DNA of 64,000 nucleotides, taken from Lingula anatina (Eukaryota > Animalia > Brachiopoda). The position numbers and the translations under genes are program-made. This document shows, in pieces, positions 50,401 through 63,769 of this stretch. The first letter of the stretch is position 1; every line of letters starts with the position of its first letter. The notes under the pieces were generated by a model. It saw nothing but the letters and a program-made list of their open reading frames with translations, made no database searches and was not told the DNA's origin. The stretch spans positions 4,782,954-4,846,953 of the forward strand of contig CM120644.1 of assembly GCA_051362555.1 (NCBI GenBank), in the 5' to 3' direction.

Positions 50401-53400
50401 ATTTTGATGTCTATCTTCATTTGCATTCACAACAGTGGACTAACTAGTCGGCAGATCAAATATGGCAACCCACTTAAAAGCTAACCACATAATCCCCTTA
50501 TAGACACTAAATAGGTTCCCAGGGTGAAATACCATTCCTACCCAACTACCAGACTCCGCACCGATTGATCCTGAATTCACTGGTATATCGTACCACACTA
50601 CCTTTTCAACCACTCTTGCCTAGTACGCGATGTGATAGTGATGATTCTCAGCGGGATTGGAAAGTAGTGCATCTCTTCTCAATATGTGTACCGGGTATGA
50701 TACTGTGAAATGAGTACTGATGCACACCTTGAAAATGGGTAGTGTGGTCAGATCTACCAGTGAATTCGGGATAATTTGGTGTCGAGCCTTGTAGTTGGGT
50801 AGGCCTGTAGTTAGTCTGCTGCTTTGAATGTGGCCCAAGAATCACGGGCTGCAGAGACTGTGCCAAAACACAGAATACCATTAGTAGGTATGGTTGTGTG
50901 GAGTACGGGTGGGTTGTGTAGAAATTTCAATGGACAGATGCGTGGAAACAGCCCTAAATCTGTAAAATCATGTGGAAGCAGCACTAAAACTATAAAATGC
51001 TGTGAAAATACTGGTATAGCAGCCTGGTGGTCAGATAGGCATGTATCCCATAACATCTCCCAGTCTCAGACTTCAACTGTATAACATGTCATTAAGGTTC
51101 ACTCACAAGGAGAGATGAACAAACAACAACACACAGACAATCTTGACAGGAAGCTGACGAAACCTGTTAAGGTAAACCGACTGAACGTGATCAAAGAGAT
51201 CCCAGGTCAACAGGCTGCCAACAAGAAAGGCTCGTTGCCTTTGATGTTTTCTAAGGATTTCTTCACTATGCTCAAGTCAGAGTCAGTGCGTGATTTACCA
51301 GTGAATTACATTGTTTCATCAGCATAATTTTCAAATCCCTTACTTTAACTGTTTCTGAACTAGTTTCAATAATAACCATAACTAGTTATTGACCAGTTTT
51401 CACCTTCAAAAATTAATGCCATTGAAATATTCTTTTTATAAGTATTTGTCAACAAATACTGCATGTATATCTCTTCTTCAAATTCTTTTAAGTAAAAAAA
51501 AAAAAAATCTGGCTCTAAAATAAATATTTTTTTCTTTTGCTATTTAAATAATCTACTATAAACACAAACACATATATAAGCAGACATGGATACAAATATA
51601 TACACAGACACGCATACATGCACATAAACACATGCACTATTCCATTGGGAATCTCATTTAGTGATATGAAAAATAATATCTGCCATGTGTATCTAATCAC
51701 TTATCTAACTCAGTTATTAAGTTGGACAATTGGGTCAGTGTTAAAAAAGTTGAAGACAACAACTGAGAGCACATTCAGAACAGCAAACTATCAGATCAGA
51801 GATAAAATATGGCGACTTATTTAAAAGCTTACTGCTGAATTCCTGATTAGACACTAAAAAGAATCCCCTGCGGGGATTAAGCAACAAGCATTCAAGTGGA
51901 TCGGCCATATTTGATCCACAGATCTGTTTGTCTGCTGTTCTGAATGTCCTATTAAAGAAACAATAAAATATAATATACTCTTTTATCTTAAAACTCTTGA
52001 TGCTTTTACTAAGAAATTTTGGAAACCTTTTTATTCATAACTAATTCCACAAAATGTAGCCTTTATCAATTTTAGAAGAAATGGAAAAAGTTAACACACG
52101 AGTCCAGTATTGATCTTTATATATCTCTCTTGAAATCATAATGCTAAGTTTGCAGTTTCATTATGAAATTGGAATAGAAAGTTTTTGACTGGGATTTCAT
52201 TAAGTGTCTGTTTCAACACAAATCAATTTCTCAATGGACAAATGCTGACAGCACTCTATTCAAAGAAGTGTTACAAATCATGACAAAGAATCTGACTTAA
52301 AATTGAAAATCTTAGAAAAATGATCTGAAATGACAAGAAAAAAAGCAAATAAAAAGCATTTTTCATTTCAGGTAAATGGTAAAGAAAGACTGATACAGTT
52401 ATTGCAGATATATCCCTCCCCCCCGCCCCTGAAAACTGACCCAGCTTATCACCCTCTCCCCCCCCCCAAAAAAAAAAAAAAAAAAAATCACCCAAAAAAC
52501 AAAGAAACGGTACATTTGTACCTTAAAGAAGTTCATTGCTCTCTTGCATTCACCATTAGCATCACTTAACTGTTTGTAACTCCCCAAATATCTGGCATTC
52601 ATGACATAGTGGCTTGACAACAACATGTACTTAAGATCAGTAGAAGGGCTTCCTAACAACATCTGTCTCTCTGAAGATCATGAATGATGTCACTTCTCCA
52701 GGGAAATACCCATTCAGAATCATTCAGAGAGACAGAAACCTTACAAAACGTGACGAGAAGTCCGTTGAGTAAATACAGACCGACGGCAACAACAGCTCAG
52801 CATTTTGAGGACAGACCACTGACAACCCTTCAGAATGACACCATGTGTCTAAAGCAGTCATATTCTACGTACACAGGTAGGCAGAAAAGAAAAGTCTCTG
52901 GCACCTCTGTTCAGTTTTAATCCAATGCTGGAACCAACAGAAAATCCACATGCCTCTTGGACTGTATGCATGACAAGATGTGACTTTTGATGAAAGACTA
53001 GAAGACACAAGAACAAGGTGAGTTTAATATTGTGGAATATGCCACTGATATACCTTTGTAGGAAATTCATGACTGGACATTGAAAATGATATATAATCTA
53101 CAGGGAGGAATATTTGCATCATTATAGAGCTCTGTAACAAATCTGCCTGATAAATGTATAATTATGTAGAAGCAGCAAACAGCATTCCCAGTAAATACCA
53201 AAAATGCTCCATCCATATATCAATTTCACTTTTCTATCTTTTCCTCCACTTAATGAATGATGTTACTTTTCTATATGTTTATGTCCATTTATTGCTATGG
53301 AATTTGCACTTACAATCTGTCAAAAAGAAATAACAAGTTTATGCCCACCAAGAAGAGAATTACTGCTTCTTACATGTTTTTTTAGTGATAGACATTTATT

Positions 53401-56400
53401 ACTAAGTTGGTTTTGAACATGAACTGGGGATGAAATATAAATTAGTGAGGTTGAAGGTTTGGTTAAGTAAGTTTGCATGTTATTTAATCAATCCTTTTAT
53501 TTCATATAGTCTTCATAACATTTTTAGAAAAAAAAAAAAAACTCGAACCCACCCGTGATAACAACTACAGCAGAATTCTAAGAATAAACCTCCCAGCTAC
53601 AGTTTGAATCCTCTCAAATTTTACCCCCAAGGAGATGTCAAGATACGCTAAAAGGTTTTGGAAACTCAAACGATTCCCCTGACATCCCAGTTAAATTACC
53701 AATCATTTAATTGTCTGCAACCAGTCTCTTTATCAAATTAAAGCTACTAAGAATGAACAGATTGGAATATTACTTTACAGCTTGTTTTTCTGTTTCACCA
53801 TTGCTGTTTTGGCAATACCAGGCTTTTCATGATCAACAAGAGTCTAATTCCCAGCCAACATGTAACAATCTAACTTTGGGTGTCCCACCTCTTCATATCT
53901 ATTCATGGCTCAACATCTACCCCCCCCCCCCCTTCCTAACTTCTCCTGTATCTGTCACTGATATCCTGTTAATATAAATAATTCAAATTGAAAAAAAAAA
54001 ATAGTAAAATGAAATAACAATAATGCCCTCTCCCGAATTAGAGAAATTGGGATTAATCAAGTCTGAGAATTTTATAAAAGAAATGAAAGTGCATGCACAG
54101 GAAGTCAGGTGGAAGAGGAACCACATTTAGCCCATTTTCAGTTCAGTTCTTGTCTCTGTCTGAACACTGTGTTAAGGTCTGGTCGGTCCAATACTTCAAT
54201 ATGTCCTTATACTACAGCTCAGCCTTAGGAGAGTAGATAAACAGACAAGAAAACTCCATTTAATAATTGAGCTCTTTCATCTTGTATCATTTATGGGTTT
54301 TGAAGAACTGAGTCAACTTGCCAAACACTTCTGCAAAGACGTTATATGTTTTAATGCTAGGGTAGTTGATCCAATGAATTTAAACAAAAGCAGAAGAATG
54401 ATTGTATATTTACTAAAATGAATATTTTATAAATCATATATGAAAAAGATGATTTGAATTTTTTAATGAATTATGTTCATATCAGAACTTGAAGTATATC
54501 AGACGTATGAGTTTGTTATTTATTATGACATTTGAAATATTCAAACATTGTCCTTGATAAAACATTGATACATTTTTTGTGTCATATTATCCAAAACGTC
54601 ATCCCATTAAAAGAAAAGTTATTTTTCTTTCTTTTCTCTTTTTTTGTGAATAACTAAATGAAAACACTACATTTTGATATAGTAAAATGTTGGGAATATA
54701 AAATGTCTGGAATTTTCAAATGTTGCAATGGTTTTCATCAGAAAAGCATTAGCTTAAGAAAGATGATGTGACAAAATTGCTTCGAGCTGATTTCTGGGGC
54801 TCAATATGAATGGTCCTAGAAACAAGTTCAATACACAACTATAGAGGGCATTCCAATAGCACAGAACTCTGTCAAGGGAAAAATGCAATTACTGAAAAGG
54901 ATAAGAGGAATCAACATAAATGCTCTGAAAATATTAGGTGGCTGAGATTCACTTGAAATTGTAATAACTTCTCTCCCTCCTGACTTATCGTTAATCCTGA
55001 AAATTTCACCAAAATATGGAAGAACTTCATCCTGTCCACCAGCAAACAGAAAAACCATCATTGTAAAAACAGATTCTCTTGTTTGTTGTAGGGTATTAAG
55101 TCACAATAAAATGGCATTCACCACTAGCTACAGTCCATAGCTACTGTGGCCTAAGGGCCTGTTCAGAACCATTTAGTCCCTGGACTAACTAGTCCACAGA
55201 TCAAATATGATGTACACTTGACATTAAGTTCATGCTTCCCATGTGCCCATGCCCCTTAAAATTAAACCCTGGCATGCTTTCAAGTGTTTCCTGCCCTATT
55301 TGATTCATGGACTAGTTAGTCTGTGGACCAACTGGATTTGAACAGGCCCTTAGAGTGCACTCTCACATTTCAATCCCCACTTGGCTATCTCCTTCAAACC
55401 AAACTCATCTTCAAACACCCATTCCACAACACAAATCTCAATTCCCTAGAAAATAAAGCAAACATATGAAGAAACAATTGACTATTTCCTGTCCATTTTG
55501 TAGTGTAACTCAAAGTCATTATGGTTGTTTAAAACCTCCACTCTATTACACAGAAATTTCCCATATGGCCATAATGTAAACTAGAAGGTGACAGATAATG
55601 ACCATTTACTAATAAACACTGTCAATGAATGTCCCTGGGTGAAAACATACATTCAAATGAACAAAAAATGACAAGAAAATGAAAATACTAGTCATTCACT
55701 GCACCTATTTCTCAAAGAGAGGGTTTATGTTGGTTTACCCCCTCCCCTACCTTCCTTTTAAATAATTTTTCTTAAGGGGCCCTTGATCCACTTTCATGAA
55801 AAATGACACCCGGTTGCCGTGAATAATTCCACTTTTTACACATAGGGTGCAAAATGGTTTCTATCTACGAAAGTTCAATCACCTGGGATTGTGAAACCTA
55901 AAATGAAAATGTGGTGATTGTGTGTGACTCATAAGACGAACAGAGAGAGCCAAAGAGGGAAAATTGTTAGATCCTGATTGCATATTGTTTATTTGTGCTT
56001 AAGAAAAAAATACAAACACTATACATTTATACGTACTGGGACACATTTCATATCCACATGTCCACACACACACACACACACACACACTGTAACAAACACA
56101 GACAGACCACAGTGACACAACCACACACATAAACACATACTGTGACACAAACAAATACACACACACACATTGTGGCACAAACACAAAAGTTAACACACAT
56201 ACATATATATAAAGACACACAAATAAGTCAACACAAACATTTTATAAAACATTACAAATATGGATTTACTAAATCATTACTGTACAGACGTAACATATAC
56301 TGACGGCAGTACGCTGTAAAATTTAATACAGAAATCTTGCAGTATGGGCAGAAAGAAAAGCGATGGAATTAAAATGTCTTGCATTGAGAAGGGGAGAGGG

Positions 56401-57297
56401 GAGTTGAAGGGAAGGAAGGTGCCACAAAATCTGGAATTGAAAAACTCACCTTCATCTCTGATTTTCTGGTCTTCTGGAGACCGTATCAAACCAATATCCT
56501 TGATATCTCCAGGCGCATGTATCGCAGCTATCTGTTTGTCAGCCATGTCCTCTGGTTTGTCCCGATCGTGTGGACGCTTACGTGCCCAGCCCCCATTGAC
56601 TTGGCTAGAAAGTTAAATTACATTCATTTCAGAATCATCGAAAAAAAGGTAGCAAAAATACAAGTTTTGAATTCTTTCACTGCTTTGACGTTTGTCCAGC
56701 AATATGAAGTATGCTGGGCTCAGTTCAAACACATATTTGTCTTTTTACCCCAAACTGCCCTGATATATTCTACTAACTGAAATAATCACAGAACTAAGTT
56801 GCTAGTTTAGTCACCACACAAGTTCTTACCACGTATTTAAAAACCAGAAAATAAATCATACTTATAGTAGTTTAAATAAAACTAGTGTGACTAATTACTT
56901 TTTTTCAGTGAAATAGCAAAGCAATAATGATGGAATTATGACAGACACCATTTTATCACTTTAATGTGAAAACTTACTTTTTCTTTTCAATACGCAAAAC
57001 CTCATTCTGCTCTGCCATGTCATGATGTACATGACCTTCACCTTCAAGGTGACCTTGATGACCCTGACCTTCATCACCAAGCCTGTGGTGGGGCATCATG
57101 TCATGCGCCCTGAATTCCTCAGACTCGATGTCCACATGCTGGATGCCGGGATTTCTAGGTATCAATCTGGCCTGTCTTGGCACCTGACCTTTACCCGCTT
57201 CGAATGCTGACAGATTCAGGAATAGGTAGATGATGACAGCCCAGGATAAAGATGTCAGGATGACCCCATAGCAGAAGAATTTGTATGGCTTGGCCAT
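44476..57297 (-). CDS. GALNT11: Polypeptide N-acetylgalactosaminyltransferase, GALNT11/Pgant35A-like (656 aa); exons 56978-57297, 56450-56604, 50241-50322, 49732-49898, 49013-49140, 48335-48579, 47855-47972, 47381-47533, 46729-46950, 46002-46106, 45191-45337, 44476-44604
   Basis: Twelve GT-AG exons sum to 1971 nt in one frame. N-terminal TM segment [23 protein letters not shown] resembles the GALNT11 N-terminus. Catalytic motifs: [46 protein letters not shown] (DxH), [53 protein letters not shown]-terminal ricin-type lectin domain follows (LLCLD...PRLMKCH...QQW). Confidence 0.95.
44757..45190. repeat. Compound (CA)n array punctuated by CAGGTAAA in the last GALNT11 intron
   Basis: Directly visible; source of the spurious Cys/Val ORFs. 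Confidence 0.9.
46394..46640. mobile_element. Foldback MITE family copy in a GALNT11 intron
   Basis: Ends GACCATTCCCA...TGGGAACCCAGTC; homologous to 17921-18127. Confidence 0.7.
49268..49455. mobile_element. Foldback MITE family, uninterrupted copy
   Basis: TIR AGACCCCATTCCCATAGAT / ATCTCTGGGAATGCAGTCT, with symmetry continuing inward. Confidence 0.75.
50423..50830. mobile_element. MITE with a second, TA-flanked MITE (50541-50799, ~75-bp TIRs) nested inside
   Basis: Inner element: TA|CCCAACTAC...GTAGTTGGG|TA, with inverted match of GAATTCACTGGTA...ACCACACTACC. The outer ends share GACTAACTA and GATCAAATATGGC motifs with 51773-51943 and 55154-55350. Confidence 0.7.
51773..51943. mobile_element. 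Small MITE copy (same family as 55154-55350)
   Basis: TTCAGAACAGCA...AAATATGGCGA is inverted against GCCATATTTGATC...TGCTGTTCTGAA. Confidence 0.6.
55154..55350. mobile_element. MITE with ~55-bp TIRs (AGGGCCTGTTCA...TGAACAGGCCCT), Harbinger/Tourist-like termini
   Basis: Clear inverted repeat with TA on both flanks. Confidence 0.8.
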
Positions 57298-60200
57298 CTC
57301 AATTCACTGTCCTCCACTTGCTTGGCATTGTATTTTTCCTAGAATTATTAAATTATGTCAAGGTCATTGAAGGTCATGAGGATAACAAATCCAGTTATTT
57401 ATGAAATTTATTTATTTATAATATGAGGGTCATTCTACTGAGTAACACCAGTGATACATCTATTTTATATAACAATTGCATAACTTTCACTTGCTTCATA
57501 ATTTCCAGTTTTCAACTATAGAACTATAAAATAAAAAGTGATTAAAAAGTGTTATGAAACAGTTTTGCAAATATTTTGCAAAACATGTTCATCACTGACA
57601 AGATCTGCAAACTGCTTAATATCCACCCAACATTCCACAATAAATATAAAATGTTTTTCTGTTAAATATTTTAACAAACTCAGCCATCAATTTCTGCTGT
57701 CAGAAAGAACTCTGCCGATAAAGTGTTTCAAACAGATCTGACAAAATCCATTTCAGTGTGCATTGGCTGTTATGGCATAGCAGGAAGACAAACCAAATGC
57801 CCATTAAGTCAAAATACCATCTTAAAGAAAGGTACATTATTTCAAGATTTACAGATCAATGGCACTCATAAAACAAACTTTCTTACTTGTTCCAAACTCA
57901 CCATTCAGGTATTATGAATAAAGAACTGTATATGGAATTAAAACAATTAATTCTGACCATTATTAAGAGAAATTACAACGTCATCACCTTCCCCTCTATC
58001 ACAGGGTGTCCAGTAAACTATAAAAAAAAAAACACAAGCTCTTTAACGTGTGCTGCAGATTTGCATCCATTTTAGTAACCATAATGAAGTTAAATGTTTT
58101 TGCTAAAAGCCACATCGCCTGTACTAATGTCCCTTCTGCATTCCCTAGTGATCGTTTCACCCTCCAACTTACAGCAATTGACTCCAATAGAAAATCATTC
58201 CAAGGTCCTCAGCAACAGTGATGTTTGTGTTCATCCTACACCGTATTATATAGGAACTGTTGAGGTTATAATGACTGGCACAAGTTATATGGTAAGCATA
58301 TATATATACTAGTATTTATTCCTTTTTATTATGTAACCTTATAGGCCTACTATTGTGTAATTTGTTTAAGCACTGAAGCTGCATTTGTTTAAAAGAACAC
58401 ATAGTATTTTCTACATGATCACAAGAAGTACGGTTATATATAAGAGAAAAATCAAAATCCTTGGATTTTTTCACTGAGTTTTCTTGTTGACAACATATTC
58501 TATGCCTATAGTTTTAGCCAGTGTTTATAACAACAACCTGGTAACAATAGTTTACTGGAGTGATTCTGAAATGGAATTCCTAGAAAAGTATGATGAAACC
58601 ATACAGAAACCTAAGGTAATAAGATAACTGTAATAACATGGATAGGTAGCACTTTAAAGCATATCTTTCCTTACATTTGGTCAAAACCTTCAGAGAAAGC
58701 ATTACATTTATGAATAAATCACAAAATACCAATCAAATTTAGATAATATTCAGGGCATATCTGCAATTAAAATACTGCTGATTTAAAACTTGCTAATTGT
58801 GGTGAACCAGGTCTGCAGGATATATTACAGTGTAAACCTTCCTTCCCGTCACCTCAGTAACGACATGCTCCCCACCTGTGGAAGACGGGATATTAGAGTT
58901 TGTTTGGTGCATTTCACATCTCCTATAGCATACAGTATATGAGGCAAAGGTGGTCATAGAGGCACAGGTTCATGCCACCGTCTTCAGTCAGCTATGGGTA
59001 ACATCACACAAAGGATTACTTAAAGCCTTGAATACCCCTCCCCCCACCACCCATTTACTCGGTTTAAGGGGCATTTAGGATGAAATGACAGTATTTTATT
59101 TTGTTATGTATGTCAAATAATACACTGTCACCTTTTTGCTGACGCTCGAGGTGTTCTGGCCTATATATCGCTTGCATTTCAGTATATTATCTTAAACACT
59201 TATACACAGCTGGCTGTAGATAGCACCACATAAATGAGTACCTACAACCTTGCCCCTTAAGTGCCAAATCTGTAGTTCATTTCAAGAACATTGTAGAATA
59301 GATCTATTAATATTCCAGACTTAAGCCACCCTGCCCGCAAACTTTCTACTGAGGCTAGCATTTAGTTCAATGTCAATACCTAATAAATAACTCTAAGACC
59401 GTGTTCATATTCACACATCATTCAAGCTGGGTCTGTCCAACTCTGCAGGACATTTTCGTTAAAGCACAATCAGTGTAATCAGCTTAAGTGCCTGACATGC
59501 CTCCTCGAGCAGCTAGGGGTAATTAAGTATTATGTGCTGATTGAGCTAATTCCACTGATTGCACTTTAGCAAGAATTTCCCGCGGAGTTGGACCAATCCA
59601 GCTGGTGCGAAGTGCGAATCTGAATACACCCTTCAATGCCTTCCTCCCACCTGCCTGATCTATATTCATTAAATCTATGTGAACTGTTTCTGAGGATAAA
59701 TGGCCACTGGGATCTGAGAGAGAGAGAGCTAAGGAGAAAAGATAAAAATAAAGAGCATCCGAGGGCTTATCTAGCATACATAATAAATCCTATACCAGCC
59801 AGGTCAACCAACTGTGCCAGATTAAGATCTGTTCACCCCCCCCCCCTCTCCAAGTCTCGAAATCATGAATATTTTAAAATCACTGGCTAAAAGAACACTA
59901 CTAGTAATGTTAGACGCCAGGAGGCTCAGGTCAAAAAATAAGAAATAAAACAAATTCCAGCTTTTTATGCTTTACAAAATAAACGGATATATATCTAAAA
60001 AATAATATTCAGTAACAATACCTGAAAAAAATCCATTGTGAAAGATCAGTTGGATCCATTGAAGAAAGTGTGATTTTGTCAATAACTAAAAACGATCAAT
60101 TTTTGCAACAAACCCGATAAGAAAAGTGTTTGCAGTTCATGAGTAATAGCCACATAGTGTTATCTTCGATCATCTTCCCCAAGTGACGATGTTCATTCTT

Positions 60201-61161
60201 GCACAGATTTCAGCTTACTTGGAATCTGAGAGATGCAAGTTGCAGTATTGAAAGATTAGAGACAGTGATCTAAAACAATAATGGCAAAATATGGACTTCC
60301 TATTTCTGGGTGACAGAGGGCAATGCTTTCAGCATTTCAGTTGGTCTTAAAGGCCATGAGAAAAAAAAATGCTGACTAAAAGGAGTTCTATATTCAGAGG
60401 AAATAATCTGGGATGTCGAACTATGAATCACCTGCATAAAAGAGAGATGTTCAATCTTGCGTGTACCTTTCAGCAACCGTCTGGCCAAGCCATATCTCTG
60501 CATTATGAGGGAAATTACATTGTAACATAATCAAAGCAACCAGTTCAAATTGCTGAAGACGGATTGTGAAAGCAGAAAAGGGTTTGATTCAGTATATTTG
60601 GACATCTTTTTCCGAAAAGTCTGAGGAAACAAATCAGTTCATTTCGTGATTTTGGGCAATTAAAACATCAAGAAAAAGCATAATAGTGAATATTCAAGGA
60701 TATGGATTTAAAAACTTTGACAGACACAATGAGGTGTTTGGAACTGTCAAAATCTTCACACACAACACTGGATCATTTCAGACAGTAAATTCTGTAAAAT
60801 TCTTTTCAAAATGATGTATAATAGGAGGGACTATGACAGAGATGGAAACCTCTGGGAAATACTGGCACCACTATGGTCATTCATAGGCAGAGATAATAAA
60901 GGACAAAGGAAACGAAGACCATTGGAAGGTCAGTGACAACAGCTCTGTGAAGCATACCTAACTCCTCACAACTTTTGAACAAAGTTTATTAATGATGCAT
61001 GGGAAAGACAAGTATTGGTAACTGCAACATATTATAATGGCTACAGATCCCAAACCAATTTTTTTACTTGTCAAGAAAAAAATTAATCTCATAGACAAGA
61101 TGGGATCAGGTTCAGGAACTAAGGCTTTGTGAGTAAATCATTAAGATGAGATTACACCACT

Positions 61162-61328
61162 AAGGGGCGGATCCAGAGATTTTTCTGACAGTCTTCCAAA
61201 TTATCTTTGTTGATCCATCCTCCATTTTTGACCCTCTTCCGACAAAAAATATTAGATACCTGACAATGTAAACTTGAAAATATGACCGCCTTCCGGAAGA
61301 CCCAGAAGACGGCCTAAATCCGCCCCTG
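61162..61328. mobile_element. hAT-like MITE with 5-bp TSD CCACT
   Basis: CCACT|AAGGGGCGGATCC...ATCCGCCCCTG|CCACT; homologous to 44246-44419. Confidence 0.8.
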
Positions 61329-62040
61329 CCACTGACATGTTTGGTATCTATGAGTAGTTATAATTTAATGTGACATAAAGACAGGTATTTTACCTGGTCC
61401 TCAGTACTTTACAACGCATCATGCAACGCCCCCTACAGGATATTAGCTCCTTAGGTAAGTGTTTTATCCCTCAGTGTACTGAACTGATCTCTTGACAGCT
61501 TTCACCCTCATTAATTAATCTTGATCACAGTGATAATTACAGTAATAATCATCAAATTCCTTCCTGGCACATTCCTTTAAACTCTGAACATAACCACCAG
61601 ATGGAGACACAATCATATGCGTGATGCTGCAAAACCATCCAATTAAAGGAAAGGCCATAAAAAAGGTATAGAGTACATCTCATGTGAGTCTCCGTTTCAT
61701 GTGCCGTGGTAATTTTTTACTGATATGGGAAGATAATATTTCAATATGCCTCTTTCTGAAATCACTGTCCTTGACCTTACCTTGACCTTTTCTTGGCCTC
61801 AGTTTAAACCCAATATGAATCTGACCTGTGGTAGCTGCCTGGCTGATCTGGTATCTCATTATATAAATAGTTAAATATTAGACTTATAAAAGTTAGCAGC
61901 TTGACTGGGCTAGTGATACTTTCAGCAACTGTTTCATACTATATTAACCCAACATCTATAGATTCCAACGTCCCCAATGGCCATCATTTAGATCAACTAG
62001 CAGTAAATTTTTAATAGAGACACAGTCGATGGATACTTAC

Positions 62041-62183
62041 ACACAAAAACTCTGCATCTACAACATCAGGTAGATCAAAAGTCTACTTTCTCTCCGTGCA
62101 CATGCACAAAATCTCTAACTCGTCTCCAACTTATTGCCCCCGCTTTATCTTCCAGTCCAACTCCTCCACCATGTTAGCTAGGT
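62041..62183 (-). other. Candidate upstream spliced exon (GALNT11 5' leader or end of a small upstream ORF)
   Basis: Strong acceptor (catttcttctttcag) and donor (gt|gtaagt) flank 143 nt. The only frame open from the acceptor reads xLANMVEELDWKIKRGQ* (stop 62131-62133); the ATG is in AACATGG context. Confidence 0.55.
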
Positions 62184-62854
62184 CTGAAAGAAGAAATGAA
62201 ATATACAGTGGATTGATTTGACAATCTGTTATATCCCATTACAGCTCACATCCACAAATAATTCAAATGAAAATGTGAGCATTTCATTTTCAGCCATAAA
62301 TAATAAAAATCAATGTCATAACGATGTCTGCACAATCTGCTTGATTTTCTGTGGACATATAATTAAGGGGACAATATATGTACAGTATATTGTTTTTGTA
62401 ATCATAATATGCAATCATTTCACGAAGTAGCCAGTGCTTTTGTTTCAAAGAATTGTTCCTATACCTACTGGCTGGGTTACCTACAGCACCGCAACCCTTG
62501 CTTAGTACATGCTACTGTAACTGTTAAATTGTGTTAAGACAATATGTTGTTAATTTATAATAAAAATGTCATAAAATAAATTCCCAAGATTTGTCCTTTC
62601 TATAAGTAAGTTCTCTTATTTGTTAAAACAATATAGATGGTAGGTGATGGCATGATGCAAATTTTTTAAAAATTTTTTCTCCATTTTCAGTACTCAGCTC
62701 TGTTTCTTTCAACCCATCCATTCAACCCATTCAATCCATAACATAATTGCAATGTCTGAACCTACTTTTTCCCAATAAAACATTTGTAATTTAATCAGCT
62801 CTTCCCAAATCGATTCACAGTACATGTTCACAAATGATGATATTGGGTCGCAAC

Positions 62855-62895
<41 letters not shown>

Positions 62896-63019
62896 GGATA
62901 GAGAGAGACTTGACATCTGAGAGCAAATAAAACACTGATAAATTTGTAATAAAAGTACCACTGACAGGACTATATAAAGATTTTCTCAATTTACCATATC
63001 AAGAAGTGTGAAATCAAAG

Positions 63020-63382
63020 CAGACATGCTGAAACTGTCAGTCCGATCGGTCATGACTGGGAAAATTTGTCTGGACCGGTAAAAAAATGGACTTGGTCAGT
63101 CCAAAGGAACGACAAGAGTTTTAAGAACCGCAACTTTAAATTTACAGTCATCCTTCGACATACTTCACTAAAAAAATTATATAAAACCCAAAGCATTTTT
63201 TCCCTTCCATTTCAAACCTATCATATTCACAAACAAATTAAGCTACCCTAATCGTACTGGTAGTATCTGTCTCAAACGAATAGGGTGATTTTCGGTCCAA
63301 CAAAAATCCATTCGGTCCGGCAAATTTTTCATTACTGCCGGTCCAAATGTCCAGCCATTCTGAAAAGTTTTCAGCAGGTCTG
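63020..63382. mobile_element. MITE with 14-bp TIRs
   Basis: CAGACATGCTGAAA...TTTCAGCAGGTCTG, flanks ATCAAAG/ATCAAAT, with subterminal GGTCC/GGACC motifs. Confidence 0.65.
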
Positions 63383-63419
63383 ATCAAATCTCCAATTCAA
63401 AGCTGAAACTAGGTACATG

Positions 63420-63471
<52 letters not shown>

Positions 63472-63769
63472 TAGTATAGTCCCTTATCAGGTTTTCAGGA
63501 ATAAGATTGCCATTTAGTGAAACAGTCGGAAAATATGGCATGGGGTCCAGGGGGTGGGCTACCCAGCCCAATGCCAATGGTATTTTTATCTCCCAAAATA
63601 TAAAAAATTTGCCAACAGTCTGAAAATTCTCCACCCTATGCTGATGTAATGTCATATAATAATAATTGAAATATTTTTCACCCTAGCTGAAAACCCCAGC
63701 ATTTACATTTATCAAAGGCCTAACAGTACATCTTTGTCACATCTCCCTGTATACAGGTAAACCCACTGA

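Noticed and set aside
52600-53100. Coding-like composition inside the large GALNT11 intron (also about 60300-61000)
   Set aside because: Stops in all frames and no recognisable motif; possibly old TE debris, but unsupported without BLASTx.
57299-57330. Tiny uORF MPSKWRTVN* ending 1 nt before the GALNT11 ATG
   Set aside because: Nine codons, expected by chance; cannot be supported without conservation data.
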